From Nemertoderma westbladi (lineage: Eukaryota; Animalia; Xenacoelomorpha): a DNA stretch of 64,000 nucleotides. The DNA lies in contig JAUCBJ010008359.1 of assembly GCA_032718475.1 (NCBI GenBank), positions 1 through 64,000 of the forward strand, in the 5' to 3' direction. The notes under the pieces were generated by a model. The model worked only from the letters and a program-made list of their open reading frames with translations, was not told the origin of the DNA and did not search any database. The translations under genes were made by a program, and so were the position numbers. Positions 36,901 through 49,600 of the stretch are shown here, piece by piece (the first letter of the stretch is position 1; each line of letters begins with the position of its first letter).

Positions 36901-39900
36901 TGAACACGAACAGGAAGAAGAACCGGAACATCCAGGTACCGCAAAGTAACTCTATTTCTAATGTAATGTAATGTAGGACTTTACTGTACATTACAGAATT
37001 TTATTAGAAACGTTTATTTGTGAAGTATATTGTAGCAGTAAATTGTTTGTTTGATAGTCAAGTACAGTAGGCCTACATTACTGTATGAGGCTCTGAAGCT
37101 AGTCATTTTGTCGTTAAATACAGTAGGCCTACACTGTAAATCATATACTTGTTATAACTTTTTGTTGGGAACAGCTTTTGCAAAGTCGGCAATGACGCCA
37201 GGTGGGATCGAACTGATGACCTCCGGGTTGGATGTCTGGCGCTTTAACTAGTAGGGCTTACACGATAATTGATACCTCTTTAATTAAACTGAAATTTTAT
37301 TTAAAAATATAGTAATAAAATTTATTTGGAATTAAACGCTACGCCGACAACCGACAACCATTATTAACGGTAGGCCTAATATGATGATTATTATGATTAT
37401 TACTAATGATTATTATCACCAATAGAGGGAATGGAACAGGTTATCTCCAGATCTATAAACGAGATTCAATAGCATAGGTAACACTGTTTTATATTTGAAT
37501 TTCATATTTGAATAAATAGTCGGCTGTTGGTTGTCGGCGTATCGATTACAACCAATTATTTTACTGAAATTCCTTTTTCGAAAAATTGTAGTCGGAGCTA
37601 TAATATTGAGACAGGGGAGGAAACTCGACGCAAAACCCGCCTTGGCGAATTAATTTCCCGCCTCAATGTTAAATTCTCAATTTAGGGAAAGGAACAGGTT
37701 ACAGTGACACATTATTTTAAACAAAACAATAAATTAAACACAATACAGTAGAACAGGTTACAGTTATATTTTTGAGAGTAATCAGCTGTTATTTGCTTCC
37801 AATTTCCCCTGGATAGGGATGCATTTTTCATGCGTCCAGTACCCCCCCCTCCCCACCCCCTATCTGATAATATTATTTGGTGAGCGAAATTATTTATTTA
37901 CTTAAAACTTTTTAGCACCTCCTTCTTCGGGATGTTCTGAGGTGTCATCTACAGAAAACTTATCGGTAACAAACTATGATGGCGAGACTTGTGTAGCCAA
38001 TGACGTTGTTGTAACCTCTTGTCAAGGATCCTGTCCCTCCAAACAATATGTAAGTAGGCCTACAGTACGTATACTGTAGCTGTAAATACAGGCAGAGAAG
38101 CTGGTTACTAACATATGTACAGTAGGCCTACTCAGTACTGTATAATAGGAAATAATTTAGTTGAGATGCATTCCGAATTGGTATTAGTTGAATTGGTTGG
38201 TTGAAACTACATTTTTTTTTTGCTAAGATTGCTGGATTAAATGTAATTAATTATTGATTCTTTATGTTTAATGGCTTTTATGGAAGCTGTTCTATACAAA
38301 ATAATATTCACTTTATTTACATATTTAGGCCGTTTCGACCGGAGATCTGGTAGACCGATTCCAGATAAACTCCGACTGCCAATGCTGCGTGGGACTACCC
38401 AAATCTCACCCGGTATCTTTTGATTGTCCAGGCGGTTCTGAAACCTTTTACGTCCCGGTACTATCTGTATGTGAATGTCACGCCTGCAATAGCGGTGGTT
38501 AGTATAATTTCTAAATTTGATAGATCTTATAATTTTCATGTTATTGCCCATTTGATTTGATAAAAGTTATACTGTACACAGGGCTAAAGACCTACTGTAT
38601 TTATTTCATAATTTTGATTAATAATTTTATAAATTATTTACTCCTTAAATCTATAAAACTAAATATATTTTTCTTTCATTTTATCCTCTATTTACATACA
38701 GTTTTGTAGGTCTATTTATTACTAAGACCCCTCAAACTAAACAGGAACTTAAATACAGTAATAGGTCTACTGTACTACTGAACAGCTAAAGTTTCAGAGT
38801 CCGATTTTGAATGAAATTTTATATATTTAGGTGAACCGGACTGTGTTCTTGATTCTGGAAGGATTCTAAAATACATGGAAAACTTTGAATCCTGTAAGGA
38901 GAACTGCATATGTGCAGAGGCTGGGGAAGCTAAGTGTACTGATATTCCACCGTGCGGCGAGAATGGAGAATGCAGCGAAAATACCGACCATAAATGTGTC
39001 TGCAAAGTAAACTTTGTGGGCGATGGTTACAAGTGCACATTGCAGGGGTCCGGTGGAGCCTCATTATCCGGGGGTAAGACGAAAGTCATAGACAAGAACA
39101 CCCACTGCGAGAGTTGGTCCCAGTCCGGCGAGTGTTCAAATAACCCGCGGTATATGTGGGAGAAATGTCCCGTGAGTTGTGAAAAGTATGGGGATCCCGA
39201 TTCCAAGCCACAAGAAGGCAAATACACTGAGTATGAATGTATTGTCTTCGCAACCAAAAATCAATGCGCTACTAAGGAGAAGTTTATGGAGAAATATTGT
39301 CCTAAACAATGTGAAGATGTTGCTAATGGGTTAATAATTCCAAAAGAAGTTGATAAAGTGAAGGCTTGCCATACTAAAGCGGAATCAGGCCTTTGTATTC
39401 TTGATAGAACGGAAATGGAGAGAGATTGCCCCGGGGTATGCGTTGGGGAATATATTATTGTAAAGAATATCGATTTGGTTCCGGGAGGGATCCCAAGAGA
39501 ACAGGTTATTTCTGTAGAAGTTGTCGGAGGTGCTGCTGCAGTTTCTTGTCCCGACGGATTTATGTTGGCCGATTGTAAATGCAGCGATTCTGACTGTCTC
39601 GGTTCTGAAGTTGTAGTCAAAGATGACAAGGTAACCTGCATGGTTAAAAGTCGGATTGATGCTAAAGAAGTTTCTGAGGCTGAGGCGGTTTGCGCCAATT
39701 TGCGTGATACTTATGAGATATTTATCCCCAATGAGTATGGCATTGATGTTGCACCAAAGACCACCAAATGTCCTGTCAACTTTCAGATGATTTCCTGCAA
39801 TTCATTGGGCGCATCTGCAGCAGTGGAAGCATCTGGTAAAGGCAACATCAATGGGAATCAATGTCAATTCAACGAAAACGTTTGCTCAGGGAGTTGTAGC

Positions 39901-40422
39901 GTTTCCGGGATATGTTATAGGGCATTTGATTCCACTCCTATTGAAAACATGAAAAAAATCGGCGATGCTACAAGCGCTGATAAGAGTCGCTTCTTTGTGA
40001 ATGCAGAACACAACGATTTGGAAGCTGTTGTCTACGAAAGTCCCGAATCTGTTGGTAAGGCGGTAGGACAATGTCCTGAAGGTTCTTTTGTTATCGGATG
40101 CGAATGTATTGGCGACTGTAAAGGTGTTAATCCAATTTTAGCTTATCGGAAGTGCGGAGCCAGGAGTCTAGATGATGGGCAGCCACTGAAGGTTAGGATT
40201 ATGTGTTCCAAAGGAGTTGTAGCCCCCCAATACGACGGACAGGGCGCAGAGCACAGCGCCCATGCTGAATGCCCAGCTGGAACCTCACTTCTCTCGTGTT
40301 CGTCGAAGTTCTCGGATGGGGCTGATGTTGTTTCCGGTTTTGAAGGTCTCGGAAAATCGAAAAACAATGGATGTGAAGTCAGCTGTTCAGGTTTCTGTTT
40401 CGCGTACGCTATCTGTGTTTGA
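30940..40422 (+). CDS. Multi-exon extracellular Cys-rich mosaic protein (SUEL lectin x2, EGF, cystine knot, vWC-like, EGF, ShK x3, Cys-rich repeats)
   Basis: Exons assembled by hand with GT-AG borders and consistent phases: 30940-31106, 31350-31513, 32557-32678, 33729-33961, 36665-36935, 37916-38049, 38329-38497, 38831-40422. Motifs CSGKYEC..C...FLDIHYMC and EASYG (SUEL), CGDHGVC..CDC..FTGEHCE (EGF), CQGSCPS..CQCC..CEC (cystine knot), CESWSQSGEC..NPRYMWEKCPVSC (ShK). First/signal exon not identified. Confidence 0.82.
33013..33483. mobile_element. Possible intronic MITE
   Basis: Imperfect inverted ends (ttatgtttaaacgggatc / gatcgtgtttaaacactag) and clustered subterminal CGGGAT motifs. Confidence 0.45.
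34027..36049. mobile_element. Intronic non-autonomous DNA transposon related to 6195-8329
   Basis: GGCTCATTCCATG at left, TAATGAGCC at right, TATA on both flanks. Repeated TCCCATACTTTAC/TCCCGTACTTTAC motif and an internal duplication of about 340 bp (34390-34730 / 34731-35100). Confidence 0.82.
37190..37255 (-). mobile_element. tRNA-related fragment (SINE head or tRNA pseudogene)
   Basis: Minus strand TAGTTAAAGCGCCAGAC...GGTCATCAGTTCGATCCC with a B-box. No complete acceptor stem. Confidence 0.45.
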
Positions 40423-42619
40423 ACATTCAAAGTATAGGAAAACAATTATCATTTTTACGCATAATGCCTCTGTGCATGTTAGCTACGGTATAACTACAGT
40501 ATCACCCCATAGGTGTGTTTTACCTTGTATATGCCTGGTATTTTTGTCTGTATATTTGGCGGGAAGTTTAAATCATGCTATTGTTTGCCGGGGATTACTG
40601 TGTTTTGGGTCAACATGAATTTTTTCAATCTTAATTTTTTCTGTTTTTTTTGTTCTATTATGCATAATACTATAATATACTGTAGTACTGTAGGCCTACT
40701 CTTTAAAATATATTATGCTAGAATATTATCTACAGTATTAGTATAATACATACTAGCTACAGTAGTTATAAACGATTCTTAGGCAAAATTACTATTGGGC
40801 ACACCTCCTCCAAATTTTGTATACTAGGCCTACAGTATGTAGTGTTTCTTACTTTGTTTTTTGAAAATATCCCAGAACATATTATCTCTTCATTTTGTTT
40901 AAAAATATTGGTCTAGAACAAATAAATGCTATTCTTGGACATGTTATGAAAAAATTTTTTGGTGTATATTTTTTAATTGATTAGTGTTTAGTTTAATTAT
41001 TTCATTAAGCCTACAACAAATAGATTATAATGGTATCTAGTAATTTTTATTTAGTTTTAAAAAATTTATTTAATGAATCATAATTCATTAAATTAAAAAT
41101 AATTTGTTAAATGTTCTAGAATAAAATATATATAGTTCTAGAACAATATTAAATTTTTAAATAATTAGCTAAATTGCCGGAGTACATTTTAAAGTCCAAA
41201 ACACAGAAATGCCCTTTGCTGTAGGCCCCTACTACTGTTTTTTTGCACTGTACTGTACACGCTCGAATTGTTAGTTGCATTAAACTTATATTGTGCCCTC
41301 AAATAAGTAAACTTGGAATAAAAACGATACAAATTATTATTTAAATGGATTTGGTGTGGGGACAGTTGAACCCTCGATAGCCATCTACTACGGACTCTTA
41401 CCTGGAATCACCCAAGATCCTTACAGTAGATCCTTCTACTGTATTACTCCCCCAAGTTCCTCATGAGACATGGAAACTTATGTGTAGGGTTTTGGTACTA
41501 CTTTAAAAGTACCATCTCCATACCAATGCTGAGACCTCTTTAAAATATCAGCGGCACTCTCCGAGCAAAACACTAAAACTCTTTTATCTTCATTCAGAGT
41601 TGGCCTACTGTTGTAGGCCCATTGTCAAAACGTAAGAAGGGATGAATCATTAGTCAAAGTGTATTTTTCAATCATCGCAAAACTTGAATCCATTTGGTAT
41701 GGTTCATTTTCTTTATTAGACTGAGATTTAAGACGAAGAATTTTTGCGTTTAATATTACTTACGGATAGAAGAGACAAAGCTGCAACATCACTGAAAGAG
41801 GAAACAGCTTTGGAAACAATTGTATGCGTTGACGAAGTATTTCAACTCGAATCGCTACACGAACACGTTACCTTCTAATACCTTTACTGCAGTTTACAGT
41901 TTATCTTTTTCTCTTTCAGGCAAAGAAGCCTATCAATACCTGCCGCCAACTTTCTGTGGAAGCGATAACAATAACCCTTTTGCAAACAAACAAAGGTTTC
42001 CCCTTCTCTGTTGTTTAATCTCCCACTGTCCATCGCCTTCGAACTTTCACTATTCCAGAGAATAAAAGACTGAATTAAATTCGCTTTGAAAAATAATACT
42101 ACTACTACTACGACCGGCACCCTGTATTGCAGCTGCATTATATATATTACATCGTGACCATAGAGCCAGAACAACACATACCACAATTAAAAAATAAATA
42201 ATTTTTTAACCAAAAATACTCAAGATGGCGTTTTACATCTTATGTTAAAATCCTAGACTTGTATGTCAGTCCGTTTAGGAGATATGGAAAACCAGAACAA
42301 CCCTCACAACATAAAAGTTGAAAACCGTTAGAGGTAAAACAACACACACAGACTAGAGTTAATGTTAAATTTCAGTATGTGTTGTATTGCCTCTTTGGAA
42401 AATAATAAAAAAAAAAAAAAAATATTTTTTTCATTAACAAAATTTATTCTGAATGCTAGCCACCCAAAATGCCCAAAATGTAACATTGTATCTTCCCAGA
42501 CCTCTGTCGAAAATATCAGGAGAATGGATCTATATAGAGGGAAATGAGAAGGTTTTTTGCATTTTTCTCGGAACCACATTTTTGGTGAGTGTTGTTCTGG
42601 CTCTTTGGTCACGACATAT

Positions 42620-44070
42620 ATATTAAGAATGCTGTGCCGGCTTGACGACAAAATTGCGCCGCCACAACTCCCTATCACCCATGTCATTTGCTAGTTCATC
42701 CGCATCTTCAAGGCCAGTGTCTTTTAAGACGCGTCTCAAGAAAGTCATGTGCTGTCCACAATGCTTATTCGCTCCATGAGGCCGCCAGACCACAAGATTA
42801 TACACTGGCTTGTCCTCACGGCGAAAAAAAATGTCCTGCAAAGCGGAGGATATTCCGTTCAAGTGTCAAGTTAGGGGAGACTAATTGAACACCTCGAAAG
42901 TTGTATTTAGTCTGATTGGAGATGTGTTCATTGTACACAATGAACCCGGCGCCGCATTCTTGTGAAAATGCCATCCAGAGATTTGGTATCCTCTGCAGTT
43001 AGAGCCCAGCATGTACTCCCATAAGAGTACTGGCACTACTACAGCCATAAATAATCGAACCTTAAGGTTCCGTTTTATTCTATGGTCTTTCCAAATCTTG
43101 GACAGACTATTTAACGCTGCCCATGTCTTTGCCTTGCGAATCCGAAGGTTTTCACCTGACTTTCTGATCCTTGATCCCAAGCAGCAGAAGTCATCCACGT
43201 GCTCAAGCAAGCCATCCTTAGAGCTTATGCCCTTACTATCAGACATTTCTTGAGGGCTGTCTAGGTTGACTGTCATGATTTTGGTCTTCTTGGAATTTAC
43301 AAAAAGACCAACACTAGAAGCAACCTGCTCCAATGAGCAGAGTAACCTTTGGGCTCCCTCTAGTGATTCAGCAAACTCTAGATCAGTAAGGTACTTTGCT
43401 GGATTTCCTTTACTTCTTGTGCCAGTAGGGGGTGTTATCATCACCTCACCTTTATTATGATGATCTAAGGACATGCTTATAACATAATCAACAACAATTA
43501 CGAATAAGAATGGCGCAAGTGTGTCTTCCTGAGGGACTCCCCATAAAATTTCGAATGGGTCTGTGTCACTAGTAAACACAAATGTGATGGAACAATAGTA
43601 CAGTGATCTGATAGCTGCAATAATTTCCTCAGAAATCCCATAATATGCAGGCAGTATGCTGCCGATATGTGGTCGGGAGACTGAGTCAAAGGCTTTAAAG
43701 AAGTCAACAAAGATAATAGCCAGTTGTCTGTCTGTCTTTATTGATAACTCTTCACTACACTTCTAAATGCCGTAACAGGATCCATGGTCCAACGACCTTT
43801 ACGAAACCCATTTTGGTTCCCACGTAACAGTCTCACAACAGGATCCCTGATGTGATTTAATATAATCCTATTGTATCCTATCTCGATTGCTTTGCAGCAA
43901 TCGAGATTAATGAGATTTCAAGAAAAGATCCACGGGTTGTTACGTTGCCCTTCTTCGGAGCTGGGACCAACTTATTTGTTTTCAGTTCTTGAGGGACTCT
44001 ATTTGTCCTATACATGTCCACAATAATGGGGTGAATGAGCACCAAGCACTCAGGTATTTTGAAGACATTA
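42620..44070 (-). mobile_element. Decayed RTE-like non-LTR retrotransposon (RT region and C-terminus)
   Basis: QNGFRKGR, VDFFKAFDS, GVPQEDTLAPFLFVIVVDYV, VGLFVNSKKTKIM, VDDFCCLGS, LKVRLF. Several frameshifts; the YADD region is deleted. Confidence 0.85.
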
Positions 44071-44339
44071 GGGGTTATAATATGTAGTGCACTATTATTT
44101 GCAATAATAGTGTACTAATTAATACCAAGTAAAAATTTAAACAAACAAAATATTCTTAGAATAAGTCTAATCATTTGGAAACATATGAAAAGTGAACAGT
44201 TCGTTCGTTCGTTCGTTTCGTTTAATCCAGGCTAACAGCCCCATAAAGTGACAGGAACACAATACTACAATACACAGATATACAAACAGACACCGGTAAA
44301 TTACATTAATAGATTAGCACAAAAAGTTGTATTTATTTA

Positions 44340-45012
44340 AATATTATTTTCACCCACTATCTCAAGGTACCCGATATACGGCAAATATTATTAACTGCAC
44401 ATAGTACTAAATTAGAGGTTTTCCCTACCCTCCTACTTAAACTGTTAATCGAATCATAGTGTAAGTGACTAAATAACGGCAAGTTATGTATTCCAAAATG
44501 GAGAGACATACTCGTTGCTTCCCCATCTGTTACCCTAGGTATATTAAACAGCATTCTAAAACATTTGTTGTAAGCTACACGTATTTATTGTACACACTAT
44601 TTGAAAAGTTTCTCCCAGACCACAGAGCATTACAATACAATAGATCGGCGTGCAAAATGCACGAAATAATAGTCGTTTTACAATAATATTGCAAGAACCG
44701 AACTTTCTTACTAATAGATTGCCCCTGGCATAAAGAGATCTAGTTTGCCTTTTTATATCAGGGTCATCGTCCGTACTGCTATGTACAGTAGCAAGTGGCC
44801 TAAATAAGTAAACTGCTCAACAACTTCAATAGGTTTATTGTATAGAAACACACTAGCATATTTAGTAACGCTACTCGACGTATAAAATATACATTTAGAT
44901 TTCTTCAAATTAAATGTGACGGAATTGTTATTTGCATACTTGTCAGCCATATCAATCAGACACTGTAAACCAAAAATAGATGTCGACAATAGACAAAGGT
45001 CATCAGCATATC
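44340..45012 (-). mobile_element. 5'-truncated non-LTR retrotransposon RT fragment, different clade
   Basis: YADDLCLLSTSIFGLQCLID...NLKKSKC...VEQFTYLGH on the minus strand. Confidence 0.78.
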
Positions 45013-45388
45013 CAGTGCCGGATTAAGCATCTGGTGGCCCTAAGGCACATTTTAGTAATTTCCAAAAAATGGCCCGAAAATTGATATTTTTCCGCAAACC
45101 CTTTCAAAAGAAAAAGCTGCTAAAAACAACTGAAATTGTGAAAATGTTGCGAAGGAAATATAAAGTATTTTCATTGGATGACTGCGTGCAAATAAGTACT
45201 ACTGTAAGTACTTTAATAATAAGTTCTGTACTTTGCAAAAATAGTTTTCATCAAGAATAGTAACATTACTAAACGGAATATTATGCCTATAAAACCTTTG
45301 CTATAAAAAGTGTAATGGTTTTGGTAGAATTTCTCAAGCTTTAATTTTTAATATACAGTATTAATGGGACAACTACCACAAATCTATT

Positions 45389-46646
45389 TGTAAAAGCTTT
45401 TGTGGGATAACTGATACGTTTGCCTATGCTGGCCAGTTCCCCCCCAGACGCTGGAATACTCTAAAAGGGTTTTCTAACTGTAGATATATTCCCCTCGCCC
45501 GCAAGGTACCTTTACAGGTGTTTTAACGGACATAAAAGTAATTCTGCTATATACGTGTTTTAGCGGACATGGTAAGACAAAAAACTTGTAATGCACCAAC
45601 CACCTTTCACAGCTTAGCCGTGATGATTCATATTACGACATCTAGCAGCTGGTTGCTGACATGGAAACAGCCATTGGCCGCGTGGTTCTTTGTTTGGCTT
45701 GGGCCAATCAGGGCGGTTTTTCCTGTCGACGTGTAGCTTTCCTGCCGATCATAAGGAGAGTGTTCAGTCTTACTGTTTTAGAGTTGATACTTTGTTGTTA
45801 TTGCTGTCTAAGCCAGAAACACCGGCATTTTTGGATAGATACTGCTGTACCGTAAACTGCTTGAATTATCGAAAGTATAAACTGTTACCGAACGAACTAA
45901 TTTAACTTGATAATCATACTCATTAACTAATCTTGATACTTTTGCATTAATCATATTGTTTGTACTGTTATTTTACCGTCAGTTATTAATTGTAAATATT
46001 TGTTGATGGAAATATTGCTATTTGGATAATACGGATAAATCACCCAATTCCCAATTTTCTTGATAACACTACAGGTTAGAGAGACCGGCTATATATAACA
46101 ATTGCGATTTATATTAATGTGGTGTGTATTGAATCCAATGTTATTTAGCAGACCCTACGTGAGTCAATTACTGCTCTCTTTATGTGTGATCAAATGTACT
46201 GACTGTCGGCAGAATAGTGTGTATGATTGTGATTGGTAACAAAGTATTTCCTAAAGAATACGCTTTATACTTTAATCATAAGCAGTATCGTTGCGTTTTA
46301 GTATAAGTCTTAGTTCTGTTTAAATAGATAAAGCGCCACGTCCTAAAGGAACTGTTAATATTTCCCGAAAGCCAATAATATCTGTCAGAGATTAATTATT
46401 AACGATCTATCGAATAATACATTAGGTATACACTGCAACCTTACACTGTAATAATACAATTCAAGCATCCGAATTCAGTCTCCCGGGTGTAGATCCATCG
46501 GGTGAATGATCGCGCATGGGCTGACTTCGGCTAATGTTTTGCGTATTAGCATAAAATATTGTCGTATGCTAAAGTGGTTTTAATTAACTAGAAGACACAT
46601 AAATTTTGGCAGGTTAAACTGCTAAAGGTCTTCAAAAGCGCGAACA
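45389..46646 (+). repeat. 5' LTR of copy 2, 1258 bp, with a different U3 segment
   Basis: TGTAAAAGCTTTTG...GCGCGAACA. It aligns with copy 1 except over about 45480-45850. Confidence 0.92.
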
Positions 46647-49600
46647 GTAACAGTTTATAATCTTATTGCAGTAGGCAATAAGGTTGCAAACTACCGTAGT
46701 GACTGGTAAAACTGAACCGGTACTTTGTAGGTCAGTAGGCCTAACTGTCATCACCGGTACCGGTACTGCTGTACAAGTACATTTAGTATTATTCGATTTG
46801 ATTATTGTACACTGGTAGGTCTTAGTACTTAATCAGGGACTGCAGCCCTGAATTTTTATTGAGATTTTACCTATTTCTGTCGGTTTTATTTCCTAGTAGG
46901 CTAATATTGAGCAGAAGGCGTGTGACCCTGCTCAGATTGTTCAGATAATTGTAGGCTGAGCTGCTGTCTGACTGTTGTTGAGTTTGGAGAGATTACGGCG
47001 TGTGTAGAGTTTGTCTGATAAAGTGCCGTTAGTAAGTTGGGGCAGTCATAACTGTAAGGTCAATCCCCTCTTAAAGAGTAAGTCGTACTACCGTGTTAGC
47101 ACGCATACTAACTAACAGTTTCAGAGTCTGCATATACTGTAGTTTATTTAGGCTTGATCGTAGTCTGCCAGTGTTTTGGCCTGTGTTTGTTTGTGTGGTC
47201 TGTTCAGGTACCGTAATAGTTATTACTCAAATATTTGTAGGCTGGATTGTTGTCTAGCTATTTTTGGGTCTGAAGGGATTGCTGCGTGTGTAGAGTTGGT
47301 CTGATCAAGTGCCGTTAGTAAGTTGGGGCAGTCAACACTGTAAGGTCAATCCCCTCTTAAAGAGTAAGTCGTACTACCGTGTTAGCACGCATACTAACTA
47401 ACAGTTTCAGAATCTGCACATACAGTAGTTTGTTTAGGCTTGATAGTAGTCTGCCAGCGTTTGGTTTGTATTTGTTTGAGTATTCTGTACGGGTAGCGTA
47501 ATATTTATTATTCAGAGTTTATGCGATTATTCGCAACATTCATGTCCCCAAGTTTATTCCTACAGTAATTGTGCTTGTTATACATACCGTTATAGTTAAA
47601 CTAACCCCGGTACTACATCAGGGCTGCTTGGCGTAGGTAAAGACTGACGACTTTGTGCTTCGGTCACTCCAGCAGATGCCGTGGTTCTTTTAACTGTTCA
47701 AGTATATTTAACTACTGATTATTTGTTATACCGGTACTTGTACCTAATTTAGGGTTTAGAGTACAGTGCCTTCCGAAGTAATTAGTGTAGGCAGTATATT
47801 TGTGTTGTAAAGTGGTTGATAGGCACATTCGTTAGCTCTATTAGCTTCTGGGTAGGAACAATCCGTGATACATAACGTAGTACCTATAGCGATACGGTTA
47901 TAGGTCGTCAGGCGGTGGTATTTTCCTATCTGGACAGTACAATATATTTACTACTACTTATTATTTAAATACCGTAGTACCCTGTCCTTTGTAATAGCCA
48001 GAAATCTAACCCTTTGTTAGACTGGTTTGTAGACTTCCTGTAAAATTACCCTAAAAAATTTCGTACGTAATATTTTGTTGTGTTTAATTAGAGAATTAAT
48101 CTCACCCGTATCGTAAGTAATTCGTAGTATTAAGTAACTTAGGTAAATTAGAATTATCAGTTTTAGTGTCAAATAAATAGCACTTCACTGAGAGGCGTTC
48201 AGCTTCTGTGTAGTGACCCCCAGAAATAATAACATTTATTTCAAATATTGTCAAAACCCTTTTTAAACGGGTATATATCTATTATAAATCAACTCAAACG
48301 ATTTATAAATAGTAGGCCTGCCATACAACAACTAGGTCTCACTATCAGTTGGACTACTGCTTAAATAACGGTAATAAAGTAAGTTAAAGTAACGAAGTAA
48401 CCCCAAAATATTCAGAAATTCAATTATTCTAAAAATAATTGACATACCGGTACTCATTATAGGCTTATTATATTTATCTCTATATATTTGAGCGGAAATC
48501 ATACCGGTACTCTGTAATTAATTCTAGTTCATAATTATACTTACATGCTGTAAGTGTAAGCTGTATACCGGTATTCATTATAGGCCTACTATATATATAT
48601 ATATTTGTGCTAAAATTATATACCGGTACTCTGTGACAAATCTAGTCTGTAATAATACTTATATATTATAAGCATACCGGTATTCTAATATATTGTATAT
48701 ATATCACGTTCCACTGAGTAACGGTACCGGTAATAAATCGCTAGGCTTGCGGTCATACTGAATTACTCGATTTGCTTTAACTGAAATTATAGTAGTAGAC
48801 ATTCAACTGTATAACTAAACATGTCTGACACTCAGCAAAACCTGTCGGACAGTCTGATCGAGACCACTATCTGTGATTCAGATAGGAGTGTGGAGCGAAT
48901 AAAAGAGAAGTTCGGCTCACCTCCTACTGTAAAAAAGGTCATCCCTCCAGTAGTATCAGACCCTAGGCTAGTCCACCATAGGTCCATCATAGGCACTCGG
49001 GCACAGGTAAAACGGGACCAAGAGGCAGCTGTCCTATCGCAGCAACATCTTGGTCAAGAACCTACTTCCCAGAGACCTGATAGCTCCAGCAGTTCGGATA
49101 CTGTAGAGTTGACTCCCGAACATGGAGTGCAGATGGCTGATACAGTCTACTCGGACCCCCTTCTTACTCTTCCTGCTGCAGTGCTGACTACTATACTCAT
49201 TGCGGTGGAAGAACATCAAACCGACTGGGCGAAGAATAAGCAAGCGACCCAAGATAATTACGCGGGATACGCCAGGGAAGAATTGAGATCTATTGTTGAA
49301 ACACAATGGAACTTTCCCGGACTCGGACTTCCGTTTGATATGTCCGAGGCTACTTGGGAAGATATACACAGGATGGGAGTGGCAAAAGATACAATGGATC
49401 CAGCTGTTTGGAAGAGGTCGGCAGCAGGATATGTGCAGGGATTCTTCGGATCCTTGGAGCGATTGGAGGAACAACTGTTTCGACAACCTCACGGACCTCA
49501 AGAGCAGGAAGAACTGCTATATCAAATACGCGAAAGAACCCTACGCATTCGACTAATCCTCTCAGCCTTTGAGGAAACTTCCAAAAGAAGACAGGACACG

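Noticed and set aside
45013-45050. hAT-like terminus CAGTGCCGGATTAAG
   Set aside because: Plausible, but no partner TIR or TSD found, so it is not called.
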